DNA of 64,000 nt from Bacteroidales bacterium (GTDB lineage Bacteria > Bacteroidota > Bacteroidia > Bacteroidales > UBA3663): positions 133,175 to 197,174 of the forward strand of contig JAFWRO010000012.1 of the NCBI GenBank assembly GCA_017519885.1, in the 5' to 3' direction. Below the pieces are notes generated by a model, which saw only the letters and a program-made list of their open reading frames with translations, ran no database searches and had not been told where the DNA came from. The position numbers were made by a program, and so were the translations under genes. Below, piece by piece: positions 29,928 through 39,434 of the stretch (its first letter is position 1; every line of letters starts with the position of its first letter).

Positions 29928-30347
29928 TTATAACCTTTTTTGGCCAAGATTGGGTATTCTCCTCCAGAAGTATGACCTTTCTTGGCCAAAATTGGGTATG
30001 CGCCTACCGCGGCATGACCTTTCTTGGCCAAGATTGGGTATGCGCCCATCACGGCATGACCATTCCTGGCCAAGATTGGGTATGCGCCCATCGCTGCATG
30101 ACCTTTTCTGGCCAAGATTGGGTATGCGCCCATCGTGGCATGACCTTTCTTGGCCAAGATTGGGTATGCGCCCATCGCGGCATGACCATTCCTGGCCAAG
30201 ATTGGGTATACGCCAACCGCGGCATGACTTTTTCTGGCCAAGTTTGGGTATGCGCCTATCGCGGCATAACCTTTTTTGGCAAAGATTGGGTATAAAACGA
30301 CATCGGCATGACCAATCTTAGCCAATATTGGTCATGCCGATGTTGTA
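29928..30347. repeat. Tandem array A: 10 units of exactly 42 bp, ending in a perfect 16-bp-arm hairpin
   Basis: Units start at 29928, 29970, 30012, ... 30306 with no indels. The consensus is GCATGACCTTTCTTGGCCAAGATTGGGTATGCGCCCATCGCG. The terminal hairpin pairs CATCGGCATGACCAAT (30301-30316) with ATTGGTCATGCCGATG (30327-30342). It lies 54 nt downstream of the GH2 stop on the minus strand and is followed there by TTTTAT. Confidence 0.9.
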
Positions 30348-30395
30348 GATTGCTGAATCTCTATTCAAACCAGGTTTTCTACAATCATATCGTCG

Positions 30396-32204
30396 TTATT
30401 TCTGTTCGTACCACTCCTTCAGCACATAAAAGGCCTTTTTCTTTTCTCCGTTATCGGAGAAGAGTCCTTTGCGATTGTAGTAGTCCTGAACACCATTGAG
30501 CACACGACGAGGAGAGCGGAAGTCCTTCAGAATCCAGGGAGAGGTGCCAGCCAAGCCCTCAACCTTGTCGAGCATGGCGCAGTTCTCGCGATAGAGGTTC
30601 TCCTGGAATTCTTCCGTCCAGCGCTGATTCTTCTCCCCATGAAGGCCATATTTGGCACCACCACCGAACTCGCTGACGATGACTGGTTTGTCGTAAGGAA
30701 TTTCCCACGACATCTTCGCAGCATCGTTCACATCACGATACCAACCGATGTATTGGTTGAAACTTACCACATCGACATATTCGTGCATATTGTCCTGCAG
30801 ACGATTCTTGAAGTTGGAAGCCGATGTAACCTCCATCGCCATGGAGATGAGACGTGAGGTGTCGAGCGAACGAGCGTGCAACGCCAAACGACTCAGGAAC
30901 TGGTCGCGTTCGGGCGAATGGGGCGTTTCGTTGGCAATGCTCCAGATGATGACATTGGCGCGGTTCTGATCGCGCAGAATCATGTCGGTCAACTGACGCT
31001 CGGCATTTTTGTAGGTGTCAGGATTGGTCCATGCAATGGTCCAATAGACGGGAATCTCCGACCAGACGAGAATGCCCATTCGCTCTGCCTCGCGCACGGC
31101 ATATTCGTTATGGGGATAATGAGCAAGGCGAACGAAGTTACAGCCCAGTTCCTTTGCCCATGAAAGCAGCGTGTGGGCATCTTCGGTCGAATTGGCACGT
31201 CCTCCTCCATTAGGTTTCTCCTCATGGATGCTGATTCCCTTGAGGAAGATGGGCTGACCATTGAGCAGCAAATGTTTGCCACGCGTTTCGATAGTGCGGA
31301 AGCCTATCTCATCCTTGATAATCTCCTCACCCAACCGAATCTCCACCTGATAAAGCTTGGAATTTTCGGGCGACCATAGCTGCACTTTCCTGACCTTCAT
31401 AGTCACTGAAGCAGTGCCTTCATTATCGGTTGTAACAACCTGATGCAGTTTCAGTTCAGGGACGTCGAGCGTGACCTGCTGTCCTGCCTCTGCCTTATTG
31501 AGTTTGACGCTGAATGTGACTGGACGAGTGCCCCGTTTGTCAACCTCCGTACTAGCAAGACAAAGGCAATAATTCTCTACATAGGTGGGAGCGACATCGA
31601 TGAGCAGCACGTCGCGTGTGATGCCACCATAGTTCCACCAGTCGAAGATCTGGGTTGGAACATTCTCGGCATGGCGCTTGTTATCGACCTTGAGGATGAC
31701 GAAGTTTTCACCCTCCTTCAACTCATCGGTCACATCGTAGTTGAAAGGAGTAAAACCTCCCACATGATGTCCGACAAACTTGCCATTGACATAGACATGT
31801 GCATCGTAGTTGACTGCACCGAAATAGAGCAAGGTGCGATGGTTCCCGTTGGGACGCCAGTCGAAAGAACGCTTGAACCACACGGTACCCTCATAAAAGA
31901 ACAGACGTTCGTCCTGAGTGTTCCAATCGCCAGGCACCTGCATGGTCGGAGCCTTGTCGAAGTCGTACTCGATGAGGTCTTCGGGACGCTGCGGCTTGGC
32001 ATTGACGAAAAAGCCCCAACGCATGGGCTTCATACGATAGTCGTAGTAGCCCTCCTCCTGCACATCGACAATATAGTTCCAGGAGCCATTGAGCGAAGTT
32101 GTCTGACGTGCCAGCACATTAGCCACTTGTGGCACCTCGTTTGCTACGATTGTCCCTCCTGCCAAACAGTAGAGGAAACACAAGGAAGTCAAGAGTTTTT
32201 TCAT
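30396..32204 (-). CDS. Glycoside hydrolase family 2 (beta-glucuronidase-like)
   Basis: A signal peptide is followed by the GH2 sugar-binding domain (LLYFGAVNYDAHVYVNGKFVGHHVGGFTPFNYDVT). The TIM barrel carries NFVRLAHYPHNE and the acid/base motif WSIANE. Confidence 0.85.
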   Translation of the reverse strand: MKKLLTSLCFLYCLAGGTIVANEVPQVANVLARQTTSLNGSWNYIVDVQEEGYYDYRMKPMRWGFFVNAKPQRPEDLIEYDFDKAPTMQVPGDWNTQDERLFFYEGTVWFKRSFDWRPNGNHRTLLYFGAVNYDAHVYVNGKFVGHHVGGFTPFNYDVTDELKEGENFVILKVDNKRHAENVPTQIFDWWNYGGITRDVLLIDVAPTYVENYCLCLASTEVDKRGTRPVTFSVKLNKAEAGQQVTLDVPELKLHQVVTTDNEGTASVTMKVRKVQLWSPENSKLYQVEIRLGEEIIKDEIGFRTIETRGKHLLLNGQPIFLKGISIHEEKPNGGGRANSTEDAHTLLSWAKELGCNFVRLAHYPHNEYAVREAERMGILVWSEIPVYWTIAWTNPDTYKNAERQLTDMILRDQNRANVIIWSIANETPHSPERDQFLSRLALHARSLDTSRLISMAMEVTSASNFKNRLQDNMHEYVDVVSFNQYIGWYRDVNDAAKMSWEIPYDKPVIVSEFGGGAKYGLHGEKNQRWTEEFQENLYRENCAMLDKVEGLAGTSPWILKDFRSPRRVLNGVQDYYNRKGLFSDNGEKKKAFYVLKEWYEQK

Positions 32205-32275
32205 AAGGATGTGAGTCTTAAAAATCCGTGGCAGTCGATTGGACTACCGCGGATTATCAGTGTTATAAAAGATAG

Positions 32276-33430
32276 TTATCGAAAGTTGATCAATACATAC
32301 CAGGCACCACCACAAGCGAGCAATGTTGTGCCAAACACGATGAGAAGCTGCCACCATGTCATAGGGTTGGCGATGTACTTGAAGTCCTTCCATTCCTTGC
32401 GCTGCCAAAGCTGGATATTCTCGCGAAGCCAGTTGGCGAACTGCTGCAGATTGAGAGGTTCACCATCGTGGTCGCGTGCCCAGCTCTCGAGCGCAATCTC
32501 CATCTGGGGTTCGTCCATCCAGCTGAAGGCATTGCACCAACGGAGCACGTAGGGATCCTCGCCGATATCGTCCGACGAATCGCTCACCTTGGGATGCTCC
32601 ACACCCAGACAGATGGTGAACTCGTTCTTGTTGCCGCCATGCCAGTAGGCACGTTGCTTCTCGCCTATCGTCAGGCCCTTGCTCGCATCGTAGATGAGCA
32701 CGAAGAAATGCACCTGGCACGAACTGCCCATCGTGGCATTGAGCAACTGGAAGGCTCGCTGGTCGGCATCGGTGGCTATGTCGAGTCCGATGATAGGCTG
32801 CTGCTCGTAGTTGTGGATTGCCGGATAGTCGTAAAGCCCCAGTTCCTGCGCCTCCTGCCTGGAAACCTCCTCGTAGCGGAAGATGGAGTTCGAGCGGTCG
32901 AGGGGGTTGTCGTAACGATGGGGATAGGTTTGCGTCTGCATGTGCTCGATGACCTGGTCCCACACGCAAAGGTCGCCACCGCCACCTGCCACACAATTGG
33001 CATGGAAGGTCGAGAAGTAGGAAATATGTCCTCCCCACAACCATACCAGCTGATCGAAGATGGCATGTGAAATGTTCTCGACATGGCCCGTATTGAGTGT
33101 CCACGTCCAATATTCGGGGTGATGGACATAACGCACGCGCTGCACGGTGCGCGTATTACCCCTGCCATCACGGACGGTCTCGAGATAAACCTGACGCTCG
33201 GTCCACTCGCGATAGTGACGTACCTCGGTGACGTAGCCGCTGAGGAACTCGGTATCGAGGCCCGCACGACGTGCCAGATAGTGTGCCAAACCCACCAAAC
33301 CTTCAGTCACGACAAGAGCTACCGCGTAGAACTCATAGGGTACACGGTAGGCGTCGCCCCCTCCTTGATAGACCCACAACCAGTGGGCAAAGAGGGCAAT
33401 TGGAGGAAGTAGATAGGCTAAGCGATGCAC
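32276..33430 (-). CDS. Hypothetical membrane protein (N-terminal and C-terminal TM segments), translationally coupled to the LemA-like gene
   Basis: The 384-aa ORF has a GTG start 9 nt after the upstream stop. No motif was recognised. Confidence 0.5.
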   Translation of the reverse strand: MHRLAYLLPPIALFAHWLWVYQGGGDAYRVPYEFYAVALVVTEGLVGLAHYLARRAGLDTEFLSGYVTEVRHYREWTERQVYLETVRDGRGNTRTVQRVRYVHHPEYWTWTLNTGHVENISHAIFDQLVWLWGGHISYFSTFHANCVAGGGGDLCVWDQVIEHMQTQTYPHRYDNPLDRSNSIFRYEEVSRQEAQELGLYDYPAIHNYEQQPIIGLDIATDADQRAFQLLNATMGSSCQVHFFVLIYDASKGLTIGEKQRAYWHGGNKNEFTICLGVEHPKVSDSSDDIGEDPYVLRWCNAFSWMDEPQMEIALESWARDHDGEPLNLQQFANWLRENIQLWQRKEWKDFKYIANPMTWWQLLIVFGTTLLACGGAWYVLINFR

Positions 33431-33439
33431 TTCTGCAGA

Positions 33440-33973
33440 TTATTTCTTCTTGAAAAGCTCGACTTCGTCATCAATGCCCGTCGTGGTGACGGTCTTGGTG
33501 CGAGTGCTGGAGATGATGGTGTAGTCAATCTTGCTCTTGTTCGAGATGAAGAACTTGGCAGGAATGGTCTCAAGCAGTGTGTCACGCTGACGGATGATGT
33601 CGAGCATACGTGTCTGAGCCTGAGTGAAATAGGAACGCTGTACCTCGATGGCTTGCATCAGGTCCTTATAGAGACTGGTGTCGAAGTCGGGGTTACTCTC
33701 CTGAATCCACTTCATAGCCGTACCACCGTCCTGATTGTAACGTCCCGAAATGATTTCGGGGTAAACCTTCTCGAACGTTTCACGATACTCGTCACTGACA
33801 CCGGCTTTCTGCTGGATAACCTTCCACATCTGGTCGTGTACGCTCTCTACCTTGCCTTTCTGAGCCTCTGCCTCCTTGCGAAGAGCGACCTCCTGGTTGT
33901 TGTAAACGATATACATGCCGATGAGAATGATAGCCGCAACGGCAATGACCGCAATTAAAATCAAAGTTGCCAT
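33440..33973 (-). CDS. LemA-like single-pass membrane protein
   Basis: The 177-aa ORF has an N-terminal TM helix (ILIAVIAVAAIILIGMYIVY) followed by a helical domain laid out like LemA (YNNQ...IEVQRSYFTQAQ...). Similarity is remote. A minus-strand TAtcTTTG box lies at ~34050. Confidence 0.45.
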   Translation of the reverse strand: MATLILIAVIAVAAIILIGMYIVYNNQEVALRKEAEAQKGKVESVHDQMWKVIQQKAGVSDEYRETFEKVYPEIISGRYNQDGGTAMKWIQESNPDFDTSLYKDLMQAIEVQRSYFTQAQTRMLDIIRQRDTLLETIPAKFFISNKSKIDYTIISSTRTKTVTTTGIDDEVELFKKK

Positions 33974-34286
33974 GTTTCTGATGGATAATTGATAGTTTAT
34001 AATAAATAAATGTACTCTCTAAAGAAAAAAGAAGTGTTTCAACGCCGCAAAGATAAACACTAAATCGTGATTGTGCAAATTTTTTGGCGAAAATATTTTG
34101 TCGAAGCGCAAAAACAGTTATTTTTCCGCAAACAAACGTTAACAAATGCACAAAATTACAAGTATTTTGTAAAATTATCTTAAATGTAATGTACTTTGCA
34201 ATACAAGGTACTAAAATAATGCATATATTTGCAGCGGAAAACAAAATAGCCGATAAAAGACATCTTACAAAATAAAAAGAAGCAAA

Positions 34287-34637
34287 ATGAATACGGAAAA
34301 CGCTAAATCGCAGATGCGGAAAGGAATGCTGGAGTACTGCATCCTTCTCTTACTGCACAAAGGGCCGGCCTACGCCTCCGACATCATTCAGCAGCTCAAA
34401 GAGGCCCAACTCATCGTGGTGGAAGGCACCCTCTATCCCCTGCTGACACGCCTGAAGAATGATAGGCTGCTGAAATACGAATGGCAGGAATCGACCCAAG
34501 GACCTCCGCGCAAATACTACGCGCTGACGCTCGATGGTGAGGAATTCCTCCGACACCTCGACTCGGCCTGGAACGAGTTGACCAACACCGTCAACATCCT
34601 CCACAATGGCAGCGAAGTCGTCATTTCCCACGAATAG
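34287..34637 (+). CDS. PadR-family transcriptional regulator
   Basis: The winged-helix signature is MLEYCILLLLHKGPAYASDIIQQL...EGTLYPLLTRLKNDRLL...RKYYALT. Confidence 0.85.
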   Translation: MNTENAKSQMRKGMLEYCILLLLHKGPAYASDIIQQLKEAQLIVVEGTLYPLLTRLKNDRLLKYEWQESTQGPPRKYYALTLDGEEFLRHLDSAWNELTNTVNILHNGSEVVISHE

Positions 34638-34688
34638 TATAATATATGTAAAGGAAACCAAATCATCAAACATCAAAACGTCAAGAAT

Positions 34689-36425
34689 ATGAAAACGAGT
34701 ATAAACATCAATCTATTCGGCACGCTATACGCCATCGACGAGGACGCACACCAGCTGCTCAGACAGTATCTCAACAACATGAAGAGTTACTTCAGCAAGC
34801 AGGAAGGAGGCGACGAAATCTCGGACGACATCGAACACCGCGTAGCTGAACTCTTCTGGGAACTGAAACAGGCCGGCAACGAATCGATCACCATTGAGCA
34901 AGTGAGAAGCATCATCCAGGAAATCGGCAATCCCGAAGATTTGGGTGGATCACAGACCGGCAACGAAGCGCGACCCACTGACGATGGACAAAATACGAAC
35001 AATGATGGCCAGCAATCGACCGACGGAGGCCAACAGTTCAAGCAAGAGATAAAAGACTCTGTACGTAATGCAGGCTCGAAGACCAGAGACTGGATGAGCC
35101 ATCGCCGCTATTATCGCGATCCTCAGGACAAAATGGTAGGAGGCGTTCTCTCAGGCTTAGCACATTACTTCGGCAATGGTGATCCCATCATCTGGCGTCT
35201 GCTTTTCGTGGTGCTGACTCTCTTTGGCCTTGCCATCCCCATCATTCCCATCTATCTGATAGTCTGGCTCTGTGCTCCCGAGGCAAAGACCGCCGAAGAA
35301 CGCCTTCGCATGAAGGGTATGGAGGTAAATCCCGAGAATATCAAGTCGCAGGTGCTGGGCTATGACGATCCCTCGACAAGCACGCAGCAGAACAACAGCG
35401 GATGCCTGGGCAGCTTCACAGGACTGATGGCAATCTGCTTCAAGATACTTCTTGTACTGTTGGCCATCCCCGTACTCTTCGTCATCGCTGTTGTGCTCTT
35501 CGCCCTCTTTGCCGTATTGTTCAGCCTCGTAGCAAGCCTCTTCGGACTGGCAACAGGCCTCACTGCAGGCGGCACTTCGCTGATCGGATCAGTGATCGCT
35601 CCCGAGAAATGGACCATCCTCGCCCTTGTTCTGGCTGCACTGGCGTTCATCGCTCTCATCATCTACACGATCTATCGATTCTTCCATCGCAACCATACTC
35701 CCGCCAGCGGACTCACCTATATTATCCTCTTCGCGCTGATGCTCCTGTCTGCACTGATTGGCTGGACCAGCATCAACAGACTATCGCAAAAGTGGCACGA
35801 CGTGGACTGGAGTTCCGTCATCAATGGCGTCGATTGGGATATTGACGACGACGATTGGGAGAACCGAGGCAGTGCAGTCTATTGTGACTCAATCTATTCC
35901 ATCCCAGCCTTCGACAAGGTGGAGGTTCAGGGAATCGCCCGGGTGATCTACCGTCAGGGGGACAGCTGCAGCGTACGCGTCAATGCTGCCGACTTCCTGC
36001 TGAAGCACACCATCATCGAAGAGGAGGACGGAAAGCTGCTCATCACGCAGGACGACCAGCTGGGCCACAGGCATAATTTTGGCAATTTGAACCTGAGGGT
36101 ATATGTCACTGCCCCCTACATCACCAACCTCTGGATGAGCGGCATCGGAAAGGTTGAATTCGACGGACAAATCGAGCAGGAACAGCCCATGCGTGTGGAA
36201 CTGGAAGGCATCGGCAAGCTGGATATCGAAAACGTGACCTGCCCCAAGCTCGAAGTGATGAACGAGGGTGCCGGAAAGGTGGACATCAAAGCCTACGTGG
36301 ACAGCCTTATTGTCTCGAACGAGGGCATCGGCAAGATTGACATCGAAGGACGTGCCTACAGCTATCAGCGCAACAACGAAGGAATCGGCAAAATCGATGA
36401 CAACGAACTGAAAATAGGAATGTAA
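34689..36425 (+). CDS. PspC-domain membrane protein with an N-terminal HAAS-like sensor helix domain and a C-terminal DUF2807/GIN beta-helix
   Basis: The PspC motif is RDPQDKMVGGVLSGLAHYFGNGDPIIWRLLFVVL. Several TM helices follow. The C-terminal repeats are GIGKVEFDG / GIGKLDIEN / GAGKVDIKA / GIGKIDIEG. Confidence 0.7.
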   Translation: MKTSININLFGTLYAIDEDAHQLLRQYLNNMKSYFSKQEGGDEISDDIEHRVAELFWELKQAGNESITIEQVRSIIQEIGNPEDLGGSQTGNEARPTDDGQNTNNDGQQSTDGGQQFKQEIKDSVRNAGSKTRDWMSHRRYYRDPQDKMVGGVLSGLAHYFGNGDPIIWRLLFVVLTLFGLAIPIIPIYLIVWLCAPEAKTAEERLRMKGMEVNPENIKSQVLGYDDPSTSTQQNNSGCLGSFTGLMAICFKILLVLLAIPVLFVIAVVLFALFAVLFSLVASLFGLATGLTAGGTSLIGSVIAPEKWTILALVLAALAFIALIIYTIYRFFHRNHTPASGLTYIILFALMLLSALIGWTSINRLSQKWHDVDWSSVINGVDWDIDDDDWENRGSAVYCDSIYSIPAFDKVEVQGIARVIYRQGDSCSVRVNAADFLLKHTIIEEEDGKLLITQDDQLGHRHNFGNLNLRVYVTAPYITNLWMSGIGKVEFDGQIEQEQPMRVELEGIGKLDIENVTCPKLEVMNEGAGKVDIKAYVDSLIVSNEGIGKIDIEGRAYSYQRNNEGIGKIDDNELKIGM

Positions 36426-36426
36426 G

Positions 36427-36987
36427 ATGATTACCGAACAACAACTGATCGAAGTGGGCTTCATTGCTAAGCTCCACGGCCTGAAAGGCGAAATGCAGGC
36501 TCGCATCACCGACAGCGTCATCGACGAGGTGGAGCACTGCCCCTACCTGGTGTGCGAACTGGATGGCATCTATGTTCCGTTCTTCCTCGATAGTCTGCGT
36601 TTTCGCTCTTCAGAAAGTGCACTCCTGAAGTTCGAAGACATCGACTCGGCCGAAAAGGCAGAACCCTTCTGCGGGCTGAAACTATACTTCGACCGCAAGT
36701 GTTTCACGCCCGAAGAACAAAAGCATTATGATCAAAAGGTTGAGGAAGACCTTGAATTCATCGGCTATCAGCTCATTGACAAGACCTTGGGCTCTATAGG
36801 CGAGATTGTGGATATCAACGACCTGACCGAGAATGTGCTTTTCATCGTCGAACATGAGGGGGAAGAAATAATGATTCCCGCCGCCGATGACCTTATCCTG
36901 GACATCGACGACGAGAACGAGACCATACTCATGGACTTGCCCCAAGGACTTGTCAACTTCGATGAAGCAGAAACAGACGAAGAATAG
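36427..36987 (+). CDS. rimM: Ribosome maturation factor RimM
   Basis: The N-terminus GFIAKLHGLKGEM and a PRC-barrel C-terminus are present. The ATG lies 1 nt after the upstream stop. Confidence 0.8.
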   Translation: MITEQQLIEVGFIAKLHGLKGEMQARITDSVIDEVEHCPYLVCELDGIYVPFFLDSLRFRSSESALLKFEDIDSAEKAEPFCGLKLYFDRKCFTPEEQKHYDQKVEEDLEFIGYQLIDKTLGSIGEIVDINDLTENVLFIVEHEGEEIMIPAADDLILDIDDENETILMDLPQGLVNFDEAETDEE

Positions 36988-37041
36988 GCTAGATCGTCTA
37001 GATAATCCAAGAGGTCTAGAAAGTCTAGAACAAAACGAATA

Positions 37042-37902
37042 TTATTTATTGAACCGAATCACCACCCAATCGTGACGACTACGGTGATGATGATAAACAA
37101 GACCCAGCTGTTCGGCACAAGCTCGGATGGCTGGGACATCTGTCTCGTAGAATCCGCTCATCAACAAGGTGGCGCCCGGGCGCATAACGCCAACATAACG
37201 CTCCATGTCCTGCAAAAGGACATTGCGATTGATGTTGGCTAGAACGAGATCGTAAGTAGGACCTTCGACGAGCAGTGAGGCATCTCCACATTCTACCTTC
37301 ATTCGTCCGGCCAATCCATTGTAGAGCACATTGTCAACAGCATTGGCAGCCACCCAGTCGTCAATCTCGATGGCACGCACTTGTTCGGCGCCAACAAGGG
37401 CACACAGAATGCCGAGTACGCCCGTACCTGTTCCCATATCCAGCACCTTGCCCGTCGGCTTGATTTCCAGAATCTCTTCAAGCAATTGGCTTGTCGTCTC
37501 GTGCGTTCCCGATCCGAACGACATACGCGGATCGATGATCACATCATATCGGCACGCGGGAATCTGGCTGGCAGGAGTGAGCGGCGAATGCACACAGCAC
37601 TCCTCTCCCACCACGATGGGTTCGAACTGCCGGCTTTGCTCCCACTGATGGTTCCAATCCTGCATCTCGATCACCTGTGATTCCCATGTCACCTTCACAT
37701 CAGGCAAGGGCAGATTGGCAAGCAATGCATCGAGTTGATGGCCTGAGAACTGTTTCTCTGATATATATGCCTTAAGACAGGCGGTCTCACCACCTTCCGT
37801 AGCAAATGAATCGAAACCCAGCGGAGCCAACAGCGCAGCAAGGACATCACACGTCTCTTCGGCAAATGGTGTGGGCATTAATTTGACTTCTATATAATCC
37901 AT
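37042..37902 (-). CDS. prmA: Ribosomal protein L11 methyltransferase
   Basis: The SAM motif is VLDMGTGTGVLGI. FGSGTHETT and the PrmA N-terminal domain are also present. Confidence 0.88.
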   Translation of the reverse strand: MDYIEVKLMPTPFAEETCDVLAALLAPLGFDSFATEGGETACLKAYISEKQFSGHQLDALLANLPLPDVKVTWESQVIEMQDWNHQWEQSRQFEPIVVGEECCVHSPLTPASQIPACRYDVIIDPRMSFGSGTHETTSQLLEEILEIKPTGKVLDMGTGTGVLGILCALVGAEQVRAIEIDDWVAANAVDNVLYNGLAGRMKVECGDASLLVEGPTYDLVLANINRNVLLQDMERYVGVMRPGATLLMSGFYETDVPAIRACAEQLGLVYHHHRSRHDWVVIRFNK

Positions 37903-38076
37903 AAAGTGTTAAATGTTAAATTTCAAATGTTAATTAAAGCCCCTTTTTGTTAAATCTCTTTTCATCGCTGCAAATATAGCTATTTTTTTGCTTGTCAAGG
38001 CCAAATTAATCAAAGTTTTTTTAAACTTTTATTAGGATTCCCCGTCCAAACACTGAAAATTAAAACCTAGATAGCA

Positions 38077-39339
38077 ATGATGAAACGTTTGATTCTGGCT
38101 GCGCTGGCAGTGGTAGTCACACTTCCCGCAGCAATCTCGACCCAGGCTCAGGACGACGTCTATTACAGCCGTAAGAACAGCCGCAAGCAGGCTTACGAAT
38201 CGACTTCGAACGACGTTTGGTCCACCAAAGCCAATGACGATTGGGACGTTGACGCCTACAACCGTCGGTCGTCTTCGTTCAACACTACTCCCGAAATAAC
38301 ACTGCAGAGCGACAGCTTGATGCTTTCCGCTCAACCCAAAGCTGTGCCCGACACCATTTACGTGGTGGAGCAGTATTATAACAGCAACCGTATTCGCCGC
38401 TTCCACAATCCGCGATTCACCTGGTGGATGTGGGACCCCTGGTATGACGTTGCATATTGGGATCCATACTTCTGGGATTACTGCTACTGGGATCCCTGGT
38501 GGTATGTCACCCCCGCCTTCGGTTTTCACTGGGGCAGCTGGTGGTATGGCTGGAACTATGGCTACTACACCGGATGGTACGGCGGATGGTACTCTCCCTT
38601 CTATCATCCTTATCCCCACTACTGGGGTCCATACTGGTATGGTGGTGGAGGTGGCTACCGCAACAACATGGGTGGACACTATGCCCATTACGATGGGCAT
38701 GGAATGGGGAATCACTATGGTCGAAACGGCTTCCATAGCGGACGCGATAATACGCGCACATCTTCAATCTCCACCCAGCCGGGAATTGCCAGCCGTCATG
38801 GTGCCAACCTTCGCAACAGCAACATGCGAGGCGATATGCGCCGCGGCAATCGCGGTCGTGATGGCGGCAACGTGGCAACACGTGGTGGCAACGGTACTCG
38901 CGGCGGTAACGGATCGCGCGGTACTATAGGCGCAGATGGCAGAACATCCACTCGTCCTGGATCGGGCAACAACCCTGCCGTAAGCTCGCGCAGCAATCGC
39001 AACTTCGACAACAGCAGTGCTCGACGTAGCGCCAATGGTGTACGCCAGTCCGACACAGGACGTACAAGCACACGCCAAACTGGTGTTAGCGGTACCCGCA
39101 GCAGTTCACGCGGCAGTGCCAGCGTCAGCGGAAGAGGCGGTGGCGGCTTTCACATCGGCGGTGGCGGCTACAGCGGCGGAAGCTCTCGCAGCAGCGGTGG
39201 CGGCTATAGTGGCGGAAGCTACGGTGGCGGCACACGTAGTGGCGGTGGCGGTGGCGGCGGCAGCTACAGTGGCGGCGGTGGCGGCGGTGGCAGCCATAGC
39301 GGTGGCGGCGGCGGACACAGCGGCGGCGGTCGTCGATAA
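38077..39339 (+). CDS. Secreted low-complexity protein with a Trp/Tyr-rich core, an R/G/N/S-rich middle and a poly-Gly/Ser C-terminal tail
   Basis: The signal peptide is MMKRLILAALAVVVTLPAAISTQAQ. A ~77-aa block (FTWWMWDPWYDVAYWDPYFWDYCYWDPWWY...HYWGPYWY) holds about 18 W and ~20 Y by hand count. The tail is GGGGGGGSYSGGGGGGGSHSGGGGGHSGGGRR. Confidence 0.7.
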   Translation: MMKRLILAALAVVVTLPAAISTQAQDDVYYSRKNSRKQAYESTSNDVWSTKANDDWDVDAYNRRSSSFNTTPEITLQSDSLMLSAQPKAVPDTIYVVEQYYNSNRIRRFHNPRFTWWMWDPWYDVAYWDPYFWDYCYWDPWWYVTPAFGFHWGSWWYGWNYGYYTGWYGGWYSPFYHPYPHYWGPYWYGGGGGYRNNMGGHYAHYDGHGMGNHYGRNGFHSGRDNTRTSSISTQPGIASRHGANLRNSNMRGDMRRGNRGRDGGNVATRGGNGTRGGNGSRGTIGADGRTSTRPGSGNNPAVSSRSNRNFDNSSARRSANGVRQSDTGRTSTRQTGVSGTRSSSRGSASVSGRGGGGFHIGGGGYSGGSSRSSGGGYSGGSYGGGTRSGGGGGGGSYSGGGGGGGSHSGGGGGHSGGGRR

Positions 39340-39434
39340 AGGCAAAATTGATAGCGGCATCCGATCCGGGATGGCCGCTATCTTGAAAATCAACGTGAAA
39401 AAACATATTATTTAATTCGAACATCCTCATAGAT

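Noticed and set aside
29735-30325. Three long ORFs (29735..30295 +, 29950..30321 +, 29909..30325 -) running through array A
   Set aside because: They are open only because the 42-bp unit lacks stops in several frames. Two plus-strand frames and one minus-strand frame are open at once, and the peptides are 14-aa echoes of the DNA repeat (for example GAYPILAKKGHAAM). They have no start context and sit between two convergent stop codons. I treat them as non-coding.
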